NCBI GenBank assembly: GCA_963665295.1
Contig: OY762209.1
Coordinates: 3,840,001 to 3,904,000, forward strand
Reading direction: 5' to 3'
DNA: 64,000 nt
DNA from: Syntrophorhabdaceae bacterium
Lineage (GTDB): Bacteria; Desulfobacterota; Syntrophorhabdia; Syntrophorhabdales; Syntrophorhabdaceae
Shown here: positions 63,250 through 64,000 of the stretch, in pieces
Position numbering within the stretch: the first letter of the stretch is position 1
How the letters are laid out: each line of letters starts with the position of its first letter
Position numbers and translations under genes: made by a program
Notes under the pieces: generated by a model
Told to the model about the DNA's origin: nothing
The model's input: only the letters and a program-made list of their open reading frames with translations
The model's database searches: none

Positions 63250-63840
63250 ATGAAGATAAGAAGGGCAGTAGTGAGTGTTTCCAGCAAAAGCGGCTTGTCG
63301 GATCTGGCCCTGCTTTTGAAGGACTATGGGGTGGAAATACTGTCCACCGGCGGTACCAAAAAATTCCTCGACAGTATTGGTGTCAACCCCATCGAGGTAA
63401 GCGCGTACACGGGCTTTCCCGAGATAATGGACGGCAGGGTCAAGACCCTCCATCCCAAAGTGCATGGAGGCATCCTTAATATACGGGATGATGCCGAGCA
63501 TCAGGCGGCAATGCAGTCCTTAGGCATAAAACACATCGATATGATCGTGGTGAATCTCTATCCTTTTAAAGAAGTGGTCGGCAAGGGATGCACCTTCGAG
63601 GAAGCCATCGAAAACATAGATATAGGCGGTCCCTCCATGATCAGGGCGGCGGCGAAGAACTTCAAATACGTCACCGTGGTAGTAGATCCCGAGGATTACG
63701 GGAAGGTTATAGCGGACATGAAAGCCCACAACGGCGAGACAACCGAGGAATTGAGGTTCTATCTCGCAAAAAAGGTCTTCTATCTCACCTCGGATTACGA
63801 TAAGGCCATCTACACATACCTCTCGGAAGCAAAGCGCTGA
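63250..63840 (+). CDS. purH: stand-alone IMP cyclohydrolase (N-terminal MGS-like half of PurH)
   Basis: [35 protein letters not shown] and [15 protein letters not shown] motifs; ends at 196 aa. Confidence 0.92.
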   Translation: MKIRRAVVSVSSKSGLSDLALLLKDYGVEILSTGGTKKFLDSIGVNPIEVSAYTGFPEIMDGRVKTLHPKVHGGILNIRDDAEHQAAMQSLGIKHIDMIVVNLYPFKEVVGKGCTFEEAIENIDIGGPSMIRAAAKNFKYVTVVVDPEDYGKVIADMKAHNGETTEELRFYLAKKVFYLTSDYDKAIYTYLSEAKR

Positions 63841-63854
63841 TTCCGGGCGGATAA

Positions 63855-64000
<146 letters not shown>

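Overview
A gene-dense, mostly housekeeping and energy-metabolism window from an anaerobic bacterium. The gene content (hdrCBA-flxDCBA, etf/fixABCX, glutaconyl-CoA decarboxylase alpha, split purH) suggests a syntrophic deltaproteobacterium, probably Syntrophorhabdus-like; this is an inference. In order it holds: partial rpsA, FKBP PPIase, ferredoxin, secDF, an orphan HD-STAND-wHTH-HEAT protein, serS, tatD, an Mla/Pqi-type ABC system, a DNA-repair and purine-salvage block (nth, Mut7-C, MTA deaminase, phosphorylase, ligA, polX, a second nth), tkt, the AICAR-transformylase half of PurH, gcdA, bioF, a BON/zinc-ribbon pair, Hdr-Flx, a Tyr-rich mini-lipoprotein, purA, yqeY-mutS2-dnaG-rpoD, fixABCX, HU, malic enzyme, ino1 plus a PIP-synthase-like gene, ispG, KimA-like and Kup K+ transporters, a complete IS1380-family element with TIRs and a 4-bp target duplication, DUF2156, a Zn-ADH, the IMP-cyclohydrolase half of PurH and partial purD. 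I found no rRNA, tRNA or CRISPR array. The best novelty candidates are: the NLR-like HD-STAND-HEAT single-gene system; a 24-codon ORF resembling the C-terminus of bS21 where rpsU would normally sit; a 127-bp nested palindromic element after fixX; a lipopeptide that is about half tyrosine; and an inositol-lipid gene pair. All calls come from motif recognition by eye, with no database searches.
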